The notes under the pieces: model-generated
Database searches by the model: none
What the model saw: only the letters and a program-made list of their open reading frames with translations
What the model was told of the DNA's origin: nothing
Position numbers and translations under genes: made by a program
Part shown: piece by piece, positions 44,673 to 53,209 of the stretch
Layout: the number at the start of each line of letters is the position of its first letter
Position numbering within the stretch: position 1 is the stretch's first letter
IMG/VR virus record: IMGVR_UViG_3300048672_000512
Span: 96,001-160,000 of that record
Reading direction: 5' to 3' (one strand)
Source of the DNA: a virus
Length of the DNA stretch: 64,000 bases

Positions 44673-46721
44673 TTACATGCTGCTGCTGAAACGCAGCGGA
44701 GCATTGCCTGCAAGAATAGCTTGTGCAGCTTCAACAGCGGAGCTAGTCTTTGCAGCTGCAGTAACCATACGACCAGAGATGCCACGTTGAGGGCGCAGCA
44801 AAGCAGGCGTAGCCGAAGCTGTTGTCATCAGTCGAGACTCAACAGACTGAAGTTCATCCGAGATGCCATCCGAGCTTTCGTCGGAATCAAAGTCAGATTC
44901 AATCTCTTCAGGTTCTTGAGTCATGTCAAGAGAAGCGCGCATATCCTCACGGGTCTGCACACTCATTGCTTGCAACTTGGCAGCAACTTCAACGAGGTTA
45001 CGCGTGTACTCAACACTGCTCTTTTCAAACAAAGCAGCAGCAACGCGTTGAGGATTCCGAACGCCAACACGTGCAAGTTCCGTTTCAACGGAAGCACGCA
45101 GCGGATTCTTATAACCCTTCCAGAAGTCACGAGCAAGACCCGCAGCAGACAGAGCAAGACTTTCGGCGAGGATTCGCTTATTAGCCTTTTCCTGCATAGA
45201 AGCTTCGAGCTTGATTTCGCGTGCCTTCTTGTTAACAGCAGCCTGAGTGACAACCGGAACCGTAAGCATACGGAAGCCAAGTTGATTCAAGCCCTTGCGC
45301 ATACCAGACTTTGCAACCACGCGAGAGGCAGCACGCTGATAAGCACCGCTTTCAAAGTCAAGATCAGACGAAGCCTGAATCTTGTTGGTAAGCACAGCAA
45401 TGCTGTTGCAACCCTTGAAAGCAACGATCTTGTTAGCAATGACAGCAAAAGTAAGATCTTCTTCGCTGTCATCCATGTCCATTGCGTCTGCAATGGTGTC
45501 ATGCGTCGAATCTTCGTCTTCGATGGTTTCTTCGACCTTTTCGTTTTCGCTTTCCGGCTCAGAGCTTTCGTCCGAGTCATCAAGGCAAATATCGTCGCCA
45601 GAAACAGCATCAGAATTCGATGCAAGATTCACGTCATCATCGTCATCGGAAATACCAGAAGCGCCGTCAGCGTCTTCAAGTTCACGAGCAACTTCGTCAT
45701 CAGAGACATCGTCAGATTCAGACGATTCATCGTCATCTTCAACGCCAGCTTCGATTTCTTCCATTCCTTCAGGAAGGGCGAAAATAAAGTCGTCGTCCGC
45801 AGCCGCTTCGATTTCTTCGTTTTCAGTTTCTTCGTCGCAGTCTACGGAGGCTTCAATATCCTCCATACCTTCCGGCAAAGCAAAAATGAACGAGTCTTCA
45901 GCGGCTTCAATGGCATAGCTGCTAATTTGCTTTTGCAGCTGATCGCGTTCTTGAGCTTGCTTGCGCTCAAGAGCGTGCATCTTGTTCAGGTGTTCTTGAT
46001 CTTCGTGCTGGTGCTGTTCAAGGTTCTCACCATCTTCGACGCCAGCCTCAATCTCTTCCATTCCTTCAGGAAGAGCAAAGATGAAGTCATCATCAGCAGC
46101 CGCTTCAATCTCTTCGTTTTCAGTTTCGGTTGCGTCTGCGGTGGTGTCAAACGGCCAGTCAAAGTCACTAGTAGCTTGGACTTTCATCGGGTTCTCACTT
46201 TCTACGGTTGCTTGGACATTGTCCAGCAGATCAGTGTCTGCGTTAAGCGGTTCGACTGAAATGTCGCTGCTATCAAACATATTGCGTCCAGCTGTGATAA
46301 CCGGAAGCTTTAGTTCGGATCCGCAAACAGAACAGTGGAGTTCACTGGAAGCTTTAACGTAGCTCTTGTCGATTGTGTTGTGAGAATCACAACTTGAACA
46401 ATGAACTGCGATAAGCGATGCGTCTGTTACGGACGGAAGTGGCAGGTGTTGTTCTGTATTTGTTTCTACGTCAGCTGAACCGCAGGTCACGCAAAACGGA
46501 GATGAATCCGCAGATGCTGTGATGTGCGTTCCGCAGGAATTGCATTGAAAGGCGTCTAGCGGGTGGGCCAGAATCGCTTTCGCAGCGTTTTCCTGCTTCA
46601 GGAACGACGGGTCACTTGATGCAAAAACAAAGACTGGACTTCCCACCGACTTCTCCGCAGCAGCACGAATGCGCAAAGCCTTTTGGCTATTGCTATTCGA
46701 TTTCCTTGCAGAAAAAGGCAT
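44673..46721 (-). CDS. Prohead scaffold/core protein with two Zn-ribbons and acidic repeats
   Basis: GGAG RBS before ATG 46721; CNSC..CVTC and CSSC..CSVC; long D/E-rich centre with a duplicated 32-aa block. Confidence 0.7.
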   Translation of the reverse strand: MPFSARKSNSNSQKALRIRAAAEKSVGSPVFVFASSDPSFLKQENAAKAILAHPLDAFQCNSCGTHITASADSSPFCVTCGSADVETNTEQHLPLPSVTDASLIAVHCSSCDSHNTIDKSYVKASSELHCSVCGSELKLPVITAGRNMFDSSDISVEPLNADTDLLDNVQATVESENPMKVQATSDFDWPFDTTADATETENEEIEAAADDDFIFALPEGMEEIEAGVEDGENLEQHQHEDQEHLNKMHALERKQAQERDQLQKQISSYAIEAAEDSFIFALPEGMEDIEASVDCDEETENEEIEAAADDDFIFALPEGMEEIEAGVEDDDESSESDDVSDDEVARELEDADGASGISDDDDDVNLASNSDAVSGDDICLDDSDESSEPESENEKVEETIEDEDSTHDTIADAMDMDDSEEDLTFAVIANKIVAFKGCNSIAVLTNKIQASSDLDFESGAYQRAASRVVAKSGMRKGLNQLGFRMLTVPVVTQAAVNKKAREIKLEASMQEKANKRILAESLALSAAGLARDFWKGYKNPLRASVETELARVGVRNPQRVAAALFEKSSVEYTRNLVEVAAKLQAMSVQTREDMRASLDMTQEPEEIESDFDSDESSDGISDELQSVESRLMTTASATPALLRPQRGISGRMVTAAAKTSSAVEAAQAILAGNAPLRFSSSM

Positions 46722-46757
46722 GAAACAATTCTCCAGCAATAAGCGTTTTGAAACAAA

Positions 46758-46787
46758 GGAACCCAGTTAGCTGTCTAACTGGGTTCC
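46758..46787. terminator. Perfect 13-bp hairpin at the strand-switch point
   Basis: GGAACCCAGTTAG-CTGT-CTAACTGGGTTCC; U tract on the minus strand. Confidence 0.65.
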
Positions 46788-46870
46788 GTATGAAAAATGA
46801 AGTGCCCACAAACAATGTGAAAGTCACTAGTGTGGACACTAAAGTCAACGCAACTACTGGAGATATTGAT

Positions 46871-47305
46871 ATGACTGTTATTGCATGGGACGGAGAAACA
46901 CTAGCGGCAGACAGAATGGCACTAGTTGGTAACGTCGGAATGCCGACTTGCAAAATTGAAGTGTTTCAAGGTGACCTACTTGCTATCACCGGTGACATAG
47001 CTTATTGCAATTCAGTAAAACGCTGGTACAAAAGCGATGGTGCGATATCTGACTACCCAAGACCGGTAGATGCAGATTCCACAGGGAGACTTATAGTGAT
47101 ACGTAAGGAAGGAGTCTATGAGTATGAGTCAGGACCAGATCCAACCGTCTTGCGTACTTCTAGATATGCTAGAGGCTCTGGCAGAGACTTTGCACTTACG
47201 GCAATGCACCTCGGTAAAAGCGCAGAAGATGCTGTGCGTATAACTTGCGAACTGTGTACCGACTGTGGTCTGGGTGTGGACTCTATCCGCGCTCCGTGGC
47301 TCTGA
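46871..47305 (+). CDS. Ntn-hydrolase / HslV-proteasome-beta-like peptidase
   Basis: GGAG RBS then M-TVIAWDGETLAADR...K...ITGD...GSGRDFALTAM...AEDAV; Thr2 as N-terminal nucleophile. Confidence 0.75.
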   Translation: MTVIAWDGETLAADRMALVGNVGMPTCKIEVFQGDLLAITGDIAYCNSVKRWYKSDGAISDYPRPVDADSTGRLIVIRKEGVYEYESGPDPTVLRTSRYARGSGRDFALTAMHLGKSAEDAVRITCELCTDCGLGVDSIRAPWL

Positions 47306-47335
47306 TTTTTTACTTAAACTACTGGAGATATTGAA

Positions 47336-47905
47336 ATGGAATTTGTCAGCAACGCAGCACGTACCCCACGAGTCTTTCGCATTCATCAGCGTACGAAAGA
47401 AAACAGCGCCATGTGTGTAGAAGTTGTCTACAACAAGGGTGAAGAACGTCAGGTTGACCGGCTGGTGGAAAGCAGAGAAGCCCCGACCTTGGAAGAAGTT
47501 CTGGAATGGGCGGTGCAGCAACGCGCAATTCTTGTCGGCCGTTCTGCAAAGACACCGTCTCAAGTTCGAGAACTTGAGTTTCAGTTGCCGATTGGCAAGT
47601 ATCCGTTCTCTCTTGAGCGAACTTCTCACTATGTGACAGCTGCAATTCAGAACTTCTATCCTCACGTTTTTGAGCAGCGTCAGTATCGAATTCGCATTCG
47701 ACTTCAAGCGTCAAAAGATTCCAACGGACCTGCTACCGTGCTTTTCAATCATGACAACTATCAGGAGCAACTGGAGGCCGAAGTTACAGGTGTAACAAAA
47801 CCTCTTGGGCGTCGCTATCGTGATGCTGCAAAGTACGTGGAGGAACGCACGTTGTGGGGCGTTCCTGTATCGGTTTGCACTCTAGATACTGGAAGCCTCA
47901 AGTAA
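47336..47905 (+). CDS. Hypothetical protein
   Basis: 189 aa, GGAG RBS. Confidence 0.75.
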   Translation: MEFVSNAARTPRVFRIHQRTKENSAMCVEVVYNKGEERQVDRLVESREAPTLEEVLEWAVQQRAILVGRSAKTPSQVRELEFQLPIGKYPFSLERTSHYVTAAIQNFYPHVFEQRQYRIRIRLQASKDSNGPATVLFNHDNYQEQLEAEVTGVTKPLGRRYRDAAKYVEERTLWGVPVSVCTLDTGSLK

Positions 47906-47928
47906 GAAACGCACCCATGCTACGGTCA

Positions 47929-47950
47929 CAACCCCCTGAATAGGGGGTTG
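47929..47950 (+). terminator. Terminator hairpin
   Basis: CAACCCCCT-GAAT-AGGGGGTTG-TTC. Confidence 0.65.
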
Positions 47951-47977
47951 TTCGGTTATGTGTAACATGGGTAAACT
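47948..47977 (+). promoter_or_regulatory. Repeated promoter, variant copy
   Basis: TTGTTC-N18 (containing TGTAACA)-TAAACT, followed by GAAGGTGCGGGTAGC as at 55.67 kb. Confidence 0.6.
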
Positions 47978-48069
47978 GAAGGTGCGGGTAGCAAACTACC
48001 CGGCACACGAAGCCCCAAACAGAACTTGCTGGTTTGCGGGCTGCTCTTACCAAGTAAAGCGAGTGCATC

Positions 48070-48100
48070 GCCTGAGGGTTTCAGAAAAGGAACCCTTTGC
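48070..48100 (+). repeat. Conserved RNA hairpin, copy 1
   Basis: GCCTGAGGGTTTC-N6-GGAACCCTTTGC, same as 53210..53240 apart from the loop. Confidence 0.8.
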
Positions 48101-48145
48101 GATGTGTTTGATAGCACATCCTTTGTAGTTTAATCGGGGATTTTC

Positions 48146-48856
48146 ATGAAGACTCTTTTCGTCTCTAGCGTTGTTCTTTTTGCGGCTTCGGTTTCGGCTG
48201 CACCGACGATGAATGGAAATGCAGTGAACAAGGCTTACGTCAGCGGTAATTCTTCTGCACACGCAGCAACTAGCGGACCTAGCGGTTTCAGCTACAGCCT
48301 TGCGGAAGGCAGGAACGCAGCAACCGCAAACGGAAGTCTTGCCGTTTCAGAAGTTGGCGGTGTCGGTGGTATCGACTTTTCTGGAAACGTCAAAACCAGC
48401 AGCAGCGGTTACGCATTCAACATCGCATCGGAGGGAAGCACAGGTAGTGCATCACTGACCGGATTGTCAACCGGCTACGTGAAGCTCGGAACTGAATACT
48501 ATGGTGATGGTCAATGGGTGATCGGCGGTGGATCTGCGGATGCTGGCTACTACAGCAACACGAAAGGTGCAACGGTCAACATTGCTGCACAGATGAATAG
48601 TGGAGGTCAAGCAAGCGCAGAAGGAGAATTCAAATTCTCAGGTACGGGTCGCGTAGCTGGAAACTACACAAACCCGACGGGAACAAACCTGACTTCTCAA
48701 GTGACAGGAACAGTTGACACTTCGCACAGCTCAGCTGCTACCGTGAACACCGGAACGGTTACGGTTGACAGCAAGCAGCTGACAGCTGCGCAAACGCTGA
48801 CATCGGTAAGCGACGGGGTTGCACAGGCATGGGCTGAACTGGACGATCCGCGCTAA
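48146..48856 (+). CDS. Exported Gly/Ser/Thr-rich beta protein
   Basis: Sec-type signal MKTLFVSSVVLFAASVSA; no Cys in the mature part. Confidence 0.75.
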   Translation: MKTLFVSSVVLFAASVSAAPTMNGNAVNKAYVSGNSSAHAATSGPSGFSYSLAEGRNAATANGSLAVSEVGGVGGIDFSGNVKTSSSGYAFNIASEGSTGSASLTGLSTGYVKLGTEYYGDGQWVIGGGSADAGYYSNTKGATVNIAAQMNSGGQASAEGEFKFSGTGRVAGNYTNPTGTNLTSQVTGTVDTSHSSAATVNTGTVTVDSKQLTAAQTLTSVSDGVAQAWAELDDPR

Positions 48857-48873
48857 GACATAGCTTAGCAAGT

Positions 48874-48929
48874 TGTTACAAACTGTTACACTTTAGTTCT
48901 TGACAGAACGGGTGTAACAGTTTTAGACT
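48874..48929 (+). promoter_or_regulatory. Repeated sigma70-like promoter with TGTTACA/TGTAACA boxes
   Basis: TGTTACAAACTGTTACA...TTGACA(48900)-N18-TAGACT(48924). Confidence 0.8.
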
Positions 48930-48988
48930 GAAATCGCGGGTAGCGCGATTCGCTACCAAAACGCTTAAAGCGCCTTGAGGTAATATCC

Positions 48989-49918
48989 ATGAACTCGAAG
49001 ATCATTGCAGCGGCTGTCCTTTCTCTGTTTGCGGTTTCTGCTTATGCTGCAGATACGCTTTCCAACGGGACAGCTGTTGACAGTAAGGGTGAAGCAACCG
49101 CGAACAACACCGGAGTTGAGAACGGTCTGACGCAGAATTCACGTTCAACCACCAACATGTTCAACTTTCCGCAAGCTGTGCAACCTGGCATGGTTGCAGG
49201 AAACACGCGATGCACAAATCATGGAGTCAATTCGTACGGGATTTTGTGGAATCTGGTTTCCTTTTCCAACCCGGAACACTTGAAGGACGCGGACTGCGAT
49301 GTCGGCGAAGATATCAAGTACCTGACTATCACCTGCCAATTCAAGACAGCTGCAGACCTGTTGACGCTGCACCTCAACAAGAAGTATCCAGACTTGCATG
49401 CAGTGACTGCAGACGGTTCTACAAACCTGAAGTTGGAAGACTGCTTCAAGAAACAGGTTGCAGTACCGCAAGCGCCGATCACGGTCGCGCCGCAACCAGA
49501 AGCAAAGATTGAAGTTCGCAAGGAAACGGTGGTGGAGCGCATTGTTTCCAAGACAATAATGCTGGATGCTGGTGCGATGTTTCATTCGGCCAAAGACACG
49601 CTACAACCTGAAGCTGTGTCATATCTGAAAAGCAAGCTTGCCGTTCTTGCAAACTTGAAGAATGTGAAGGTTGTACGTATTCATGGGCATACCGACGATG
49701 TCGGTTCTCTGCAATACAATCAGAAACTCTCGGAGCGTCGAGCGCAAACGGCCGCTGCAATTCTTCGCAGCCTGGGTTTTGAAGTGTCACCCGAAGTAGT
49801 TGTCGGCTACGGAAAAACGCGTCCAGTCGTCACCAACGACTCTGAAACGGGTCGCGCAATGAATCGGCGTGTCGAGATAGAAGTGACTGGTTCCGAAACG
49901 GTGTCGGAAACCAAGTAA
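48989..49918 (+). CDS. Exported protein with C-terminal OmpA-like peptidoglycan-binding domain
   Basis: Signal peptide MNSKIIAAAVLSLFAVSAYA; IHGHTDDVGSLQYNQKLSERRA...GYGKTRPV...NRRVEI. Confidence 0.9.
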   Translation: MNSKIIAAAVLSLFAVSAYAADTLSNGTAVDSKGEATANNTGVENGLTQNSRSTTNMFNFPQAVQPGMVAGNTRCTNHGVNSYGILWNLVSFSNPEHLKDADCDVGEDIKYLTITCQFKTAADLLTLHLNKKYPDLHAVTADGSTNLKLEDCFKKQVAVPQAPITVAPQPEAKIEVRKETVVERIVSKTIMLDAGAMFHSAKDTLQPEAVSYLKSKLAVLANLKNVKVVRIHGHTDDVGSLQYNQKLSERRAQTAAAILRSLGFEVSPEVVVGYGKTRPVVTNDSETGRAMNRRVEIEVTGSETVSETK

Positions 49919-49925
49919 GGAAACC

Positions 49926-49955
49926 AACGGGGACTCTAGAGTCCCCGTTCTCTTT
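49926..49955 (+). terminator. Terminator (24-bp palindrome)
   Basis: AACGGGGACTCTAGAGTCCCCGTT followed by CTCTTT. Confidence 0.7.
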
Positions 49956-49965
49956 AGGAGTACAA

Positions 49966-50181
49966 ATGGCAAAGCAACAAGAGCTTCCCGGTGATATTGA
50001 AATCAGTATCAAGCTTACCGGCAACCTTTCTGCCTTCAACTACATTCGTGATGCCTTAGCTGAGCGCCCGTATAGAGAAGTAAAGCTTCTGGTGGCAGCG
50101 CTTGAAGCCTCCATTCAGGAGGGAATTGCAAAAGCAACGTCCAAGACAGCAGATCAAATCTTTGGTGAAGGTGCACAATGA
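49966..50181 (+). CDS. Hypothetical protein
   Basis: AGGAG RBS, 71 aa. Confidence 0.75.
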   Translation: MAKQQELPGDIEISIKLTGNLSAFNYIRDALAERPYREVKLLVAALEASIQEGIAKATSKTADQIFGEGAQ

Positions 50182-50372
50182 AAGCTTCAGTCAGCATCAG
50201 CATTGAATTCCGCGAACTTCCAATGGAAAAGGAAAGGGCTGCCGAGATCATCATGCGTACCCTGCAGCAACTAGCAGGAGGTGTGAACTCGCAAAACGAA
50301 CACCTGAAGATTCGTTCTCTTTCTCGCATTGAAGTCTTGCGCCAATTGGAGCTGCACGGCAAGGGCGACTGA
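50178..50372 (+). CDS. Hypothetical protein
   Basis: ATGA-coupled, 64 aa. Confidence 0.65.
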   Translation: MKASVSISIEFRELPMEKERAAEIIMRTLQQLAGGVNSQNEHLKIRSLSRIEVLRQLELHGKGD

Positions 50373-50415
50373 CACGGTGTCAGCAAGTTAGCAGAGCAAC
50401 CTGAGGAAATACATC

Positions 50416-50985
50416 ATGAAGATTATTGAGAACTGCAAGCTTCCGTCACTGAAGCGACTGCAGAAGGGTGCAATGTTTCAGGAAATCAATGCTGCGTTCA
50501 AGGAAGATCCTGTTTGGAAGACTCATGGAGCTGCAGGTCACATAGCAGTCACAAGACGCAAGGATCCATTGGTTGCCAAGATACTTGCACGCTTGCCTTC
50601 TTGGTGTCATGACGTTACGTGCATGCTGGTTGCGGACTTTGCCTGGCCGCATACAGACCTCTTCTGGAAAGACAAGTATATCTTTACACTGGTGCTTGAA
50701 GGAAACCACCAATTCATTGATGCGAAGTACAACCTTGCAGAGAGTAAAGGTACGCAGCCGAGTGTATGGGCAAACGGCTGCAGCACAGACAGGGGCTCTA
50801 TCTTTGTTGTAGACCCAAGAGTCATGCATTGGCTAAAGCCGATAGACTCTATGGTAGACGACATCTTTGTGTCTCTGCAGTGGGAGGTTGACAGAAAGAA
50901 TGCAGCGGAGTTTGCACGCAACCTATTGCAGGCTTGTGGTGGAACACACTGCGAGAACTCACGGTATTCAAAGTGGTTTGAGTAA
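50416..50985 (+). CDS. Putative Fe(II)/2-oxoglutarate oxygenase or cupin-fold protein
   Basis: WPHTD (HxD)...FTLVLEG...GSIFVVDPRVMHWL (distal His). Confidence 0.55.
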   Translation: MKIIENCKLPSLKRLQKGAMFQEINAAFKEDPVWKTHGAAGHIAVTRRKDPLVAKILARLPSWCHDVTCMLVADFAWPHTDLFWKDKYIFTLVLEGNHQFIDAKYNLAESKGTQPSVWANGCSTDRGSIFVVDPRVMHWLKPIDSMVDDIFVSLQWEVDRKNAAEFARNLLQACGGTHCENSRYSKWFE

Positions 50986-50996
50986 AGGAGAAAGCT

Positions 50997-51248
50997 ATGA
51001 AAGCGAAGAGAAGGACAGACGACGCGCAACGGCTGGAAGCACCAATTCTAAAACCGATTCCGGTAATGCGACCGTATCGAGTTGTTGTCTACATGAAGCA
51101 TGAAGACAAACAACGTGTTGAGCTTATGCACTGTCACCCGACAGTGTTTTATTCAAAGCTTGAAATGAGCCTTGTAGCTATCGGCTATACCAAGCAAATG
51201 GCAGCTGAAGCTTACGAGAAAATCTCTGAAGAACTTGTTGGAGATTGA
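50997..51248 (+). CDS. Hypothetical protein
   Basis: AAGGAG RBS, 83 aa. Confidence 0.75.
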   Translation: MKAKRRTDDAQRLEAPILKPIPVMRPYRVVVYMKHEDKQRVELMHCHPTVFYSKLEMSLVAIGYTKQMAAEAYEKISEELVGD

Positions 51249-51249
51249 A

Positions 51250-51522
51250 ATGTCTTTCCTACGCCTGATCGAACTTGCAGAACGCAACATTGAAGAGCTG
51301 GAGTCTCACGCTATTGCACACATGCCCACCATGAAGGCTGGTGTCAGCCATAGCGTGCTTATCAGCAATCAGAAGCAAATTCTGCAAGAGTTGAAGCAAA
51401 AGCTGACGGCTCTTGTTGACAGTGCAGAAGTAGCAACCGTCGCTACGCAACAGGAACCGAAAGTTGATCAGCAGAACTTCGAGCTTATTGATGAACAACT
51501 CACAGAAGAAGTCCACCCGTAA
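51250..51522 (+). CDS. Hypothetical coiled-coil protein
   Basis: GGAG RBS before ATG 51250. Confidence 0.7.
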   Translation: MSFLRLIELAERNIEELESHAIAHMPTMKAGVSHSVLISNQKQILQELKQKLTALVDSAEVATVATQQEPKVDQQNFELIDEQLTEEVHP

Positions 51523-51547
51523 GCGTTCAAAGATTCCAGAGTACATC

Positions 51548-51703
51548 ATGCCATTCGACAAGCGTGTGTTCTACTTCGGAGTCTTTGAATCGCAAATTGT
51601 ACAGCGGCGTGTTGACGCGTCTGACAAGTCGGTTCCTCAATTGCACAACCATGTGCGTGCGCCGAACTCGGTGTTTGACCAAGAAAGAATGACATGCGTG
51701 TAA
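51548..51703 (+). CDS. Small hypothetical protein
   Basis: Internal ATG of track ORF 51464..51703; fills the gap between neighbours; weak RBS. Confidence 0.4.
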   Translation: MPFDKRVFYFGVFESQIVQRRVDASDKSVPQLHNHVRAPNSVFDQERMTCV

Positions 51704-51966
51704 ACCAAGCAGAAGGTATTGCAACCGACACAAACTTTCAATACCTGAATCCACTTACGCATACACCGCCGCTCGGCGTCAAGATAAACATTCTGACAAT
51801 CGGCGGCGTGAACATTCAGGGGATGTGGCCTTCAGCATGGAAGGAAGCCACATCCCCTGAAATCGCTTGGGCGCCTCTTCTTTCTACACCAGCGTGGGCA
51901 AAGAAGAAGATATATGATCGTTATGTCAACAGCGAGAAGAAATCATGTCAGTCTCAATGCGAGTAG
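51694..51966 (+). CDS. Hypothetical phage protein
   Basis: PPLGVKINILTIGGV...W...IAWAPL pattern typical of small phage proteins. Confidence 0.7.
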   Translation: MRVNQAEGIATDTNFQYLNPLTHTPPLGVKINILTIGGVNIQGMWPSAWKEATSPEIAWAPLLSTPAWAKKKIYDRYVNSEKKSCQSQCE

Positions 51967-52595
51967 GTATCGACTTCAACTGCAACCTGTACATGAATCT
52001 GGCGGGTGACGACTCTAGTATTAGTCTTGTTGGCTACCAGTTTCCGCTTCCTTTTGCAGTGCAAGAGGCTATTCTGTGCTATAAAGACCTTTCGACGATT
52101 GTTGTGTCAAGGGTACTTGATATTCTCAAGGAGGACATGGGTATCGTAAGCGCGGACAGTGACCACAAAGCAGACGAACCTGAGGCTGCCGGTTTTGAAC
52201 TAGGCGAGTGGTTGAAGCTAAATAGAGAGGAACTTCTTTTCTGTGCCAAGGAACTCAGTAGCATTGCTGTTGACGGAAAGCTGGAAACTGCAGCGCTTGA
52301 GTCGGAATGCGATTCATGCTGTTCTGAAGTGATGCAGGACATACGAACGCTTAGTTCCCATGTTCGCAACAATGACGGCAGTCCTAATGTTGTCTTTCCG
52401 AACGCGGTAGCAGAGTACCAGCGGCTACTAAACAGGCTCAACCGCTGGCAAGAACTTGTAATGGAGCTTGGTAAGTTGGAGGGTAAAGTTCATCAAGACA
52501 ATCGCGCCTTTCAAATCAGACTACTAAGTGTAGCTAGTGACAGGCTTATCGAACTTCGCTCAATCATGCGTATTACAGAAGGAGAAACAAAATGA
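51945..52595 (+). CDS. Hypothetical protein
   Basis: 216 aa, helical. Confidence 0.7.
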   Translation: MSVSMRVGIDFNCNLYMNLAGDDSSISLVGYQFPLPFAVQEAILCYKDLSTIVVSRVLDILKEDMGIVSADSDHKADEPEAAGFELGEWLKLNREELLFCAKELSSIAVDGKLETAALESECDSCCSEVMQDIRTLSSHVRNNDGSPNVVFPNAVAEYQRLLNRLNRWQELVMELGKLEGKVHQDNRAFQIRLLSVASDRLIELRSIMRITEGETK

Positions 52596-52819
52596 CACCA
52601 GAAGAGCGTATGCAACTCATTGATCAGTTGAATCGATCTTTTGAGGCTGCCCCGCAGTGGGTTAAGGTAGCTGCAAAACATGCAATCGGTTACCCAGAGG
52701 CGAACCCGGAAACCGGGAAGCCATTCGGAAGCTTCAAAGAAGTTCTTGAAGCTGCTGCGGATAGCACACTAGAAATGCTGCGTGACGACTTTGACGACAA
52801 TGGTGACTTGATTTACTAG
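52592..52819 (+). CDS. Hypothetical protein
   Basis: AAGGAG RBS, 75 aa. Confidence 0.75.
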   Translation: MTPEERMQLIDQLNRSFEAAPQWVKVAAKHAIGYPEANPETGKPFGSFKEVLEAAADSTLEMLRDDFDDNGDLIY

Positions 52820-52824
52820 TCAGT

Positions 52825-52873
52825 ACAAACCCCACTATCTACTTGCTAGGTACGTGGGGTTTGTCGCTTCTGC
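52825..52873 (+). terminator. Terminator with TCGCTTCTGC tail
   Basis: ACAAACCCCAC...GTGGGGTTTGT-CGCTTCTGC. Confidence 0.7.
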
Positions 52874-52928
52874 GTTACAAACTGTTACACTTTAGTTCTT
52901 GACAGAGAGTTTGTAACAGGAGTAAACT
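52874..52928 (+). promoter_or_regulatory. Repeated sigma70-like promoter
   Basis: GTTACAAACTGTTACA...TTGACA(52899)-N18 with TGTAACA-TAAACT(52923). Confidence 0.8.
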
Positions 52929-52969
52929 GAAGGTGTGGACACTGTTGTCCGAACGAACTGGAGATAGAC

Positions 52970-53200
52970 ATGACACGCGACGTTGACACTTTCGTTGCTC
53001 AGAACGTTAGCAACTTCCAAGCTAACGAAGACTTTGACGGCGCCGGCATTCTTGAGTTTGAAGAGTTTGCGGGGTCTTCAATAAATGTGGACTACGCAGA
53101 TAACATCGGCGGCATGCTTATCTATTACTCTGGTCAAAACGGCGAACTGGTTGCTTGGTACGACTACGAAAACGGCGACGGGTTTGCTCCTGTGAAGTAA
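52970..53200 (+). CDS. Small acidic protein
   Basis: GGAG RBS; first gene after the promoter. Confidence 0.8.
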   Translation: MTRDVDTFVAQNVSNFQANEDFDGAGILEFEEFAGSSINVDYADNIGGMLIYYSGQNGELVAWYDYENGDGFAPVK

Positions 53201-53209
53201 GAATCTACA

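Noticed and set aside
42969-46259. Long plus-strand ORFs (42969..43976, 43759..44661, 44658..46259)
   Set aside because: Antisense shadows of strongly codon-biased capsid, decoration and scaffold genes; no RBS or motifs.
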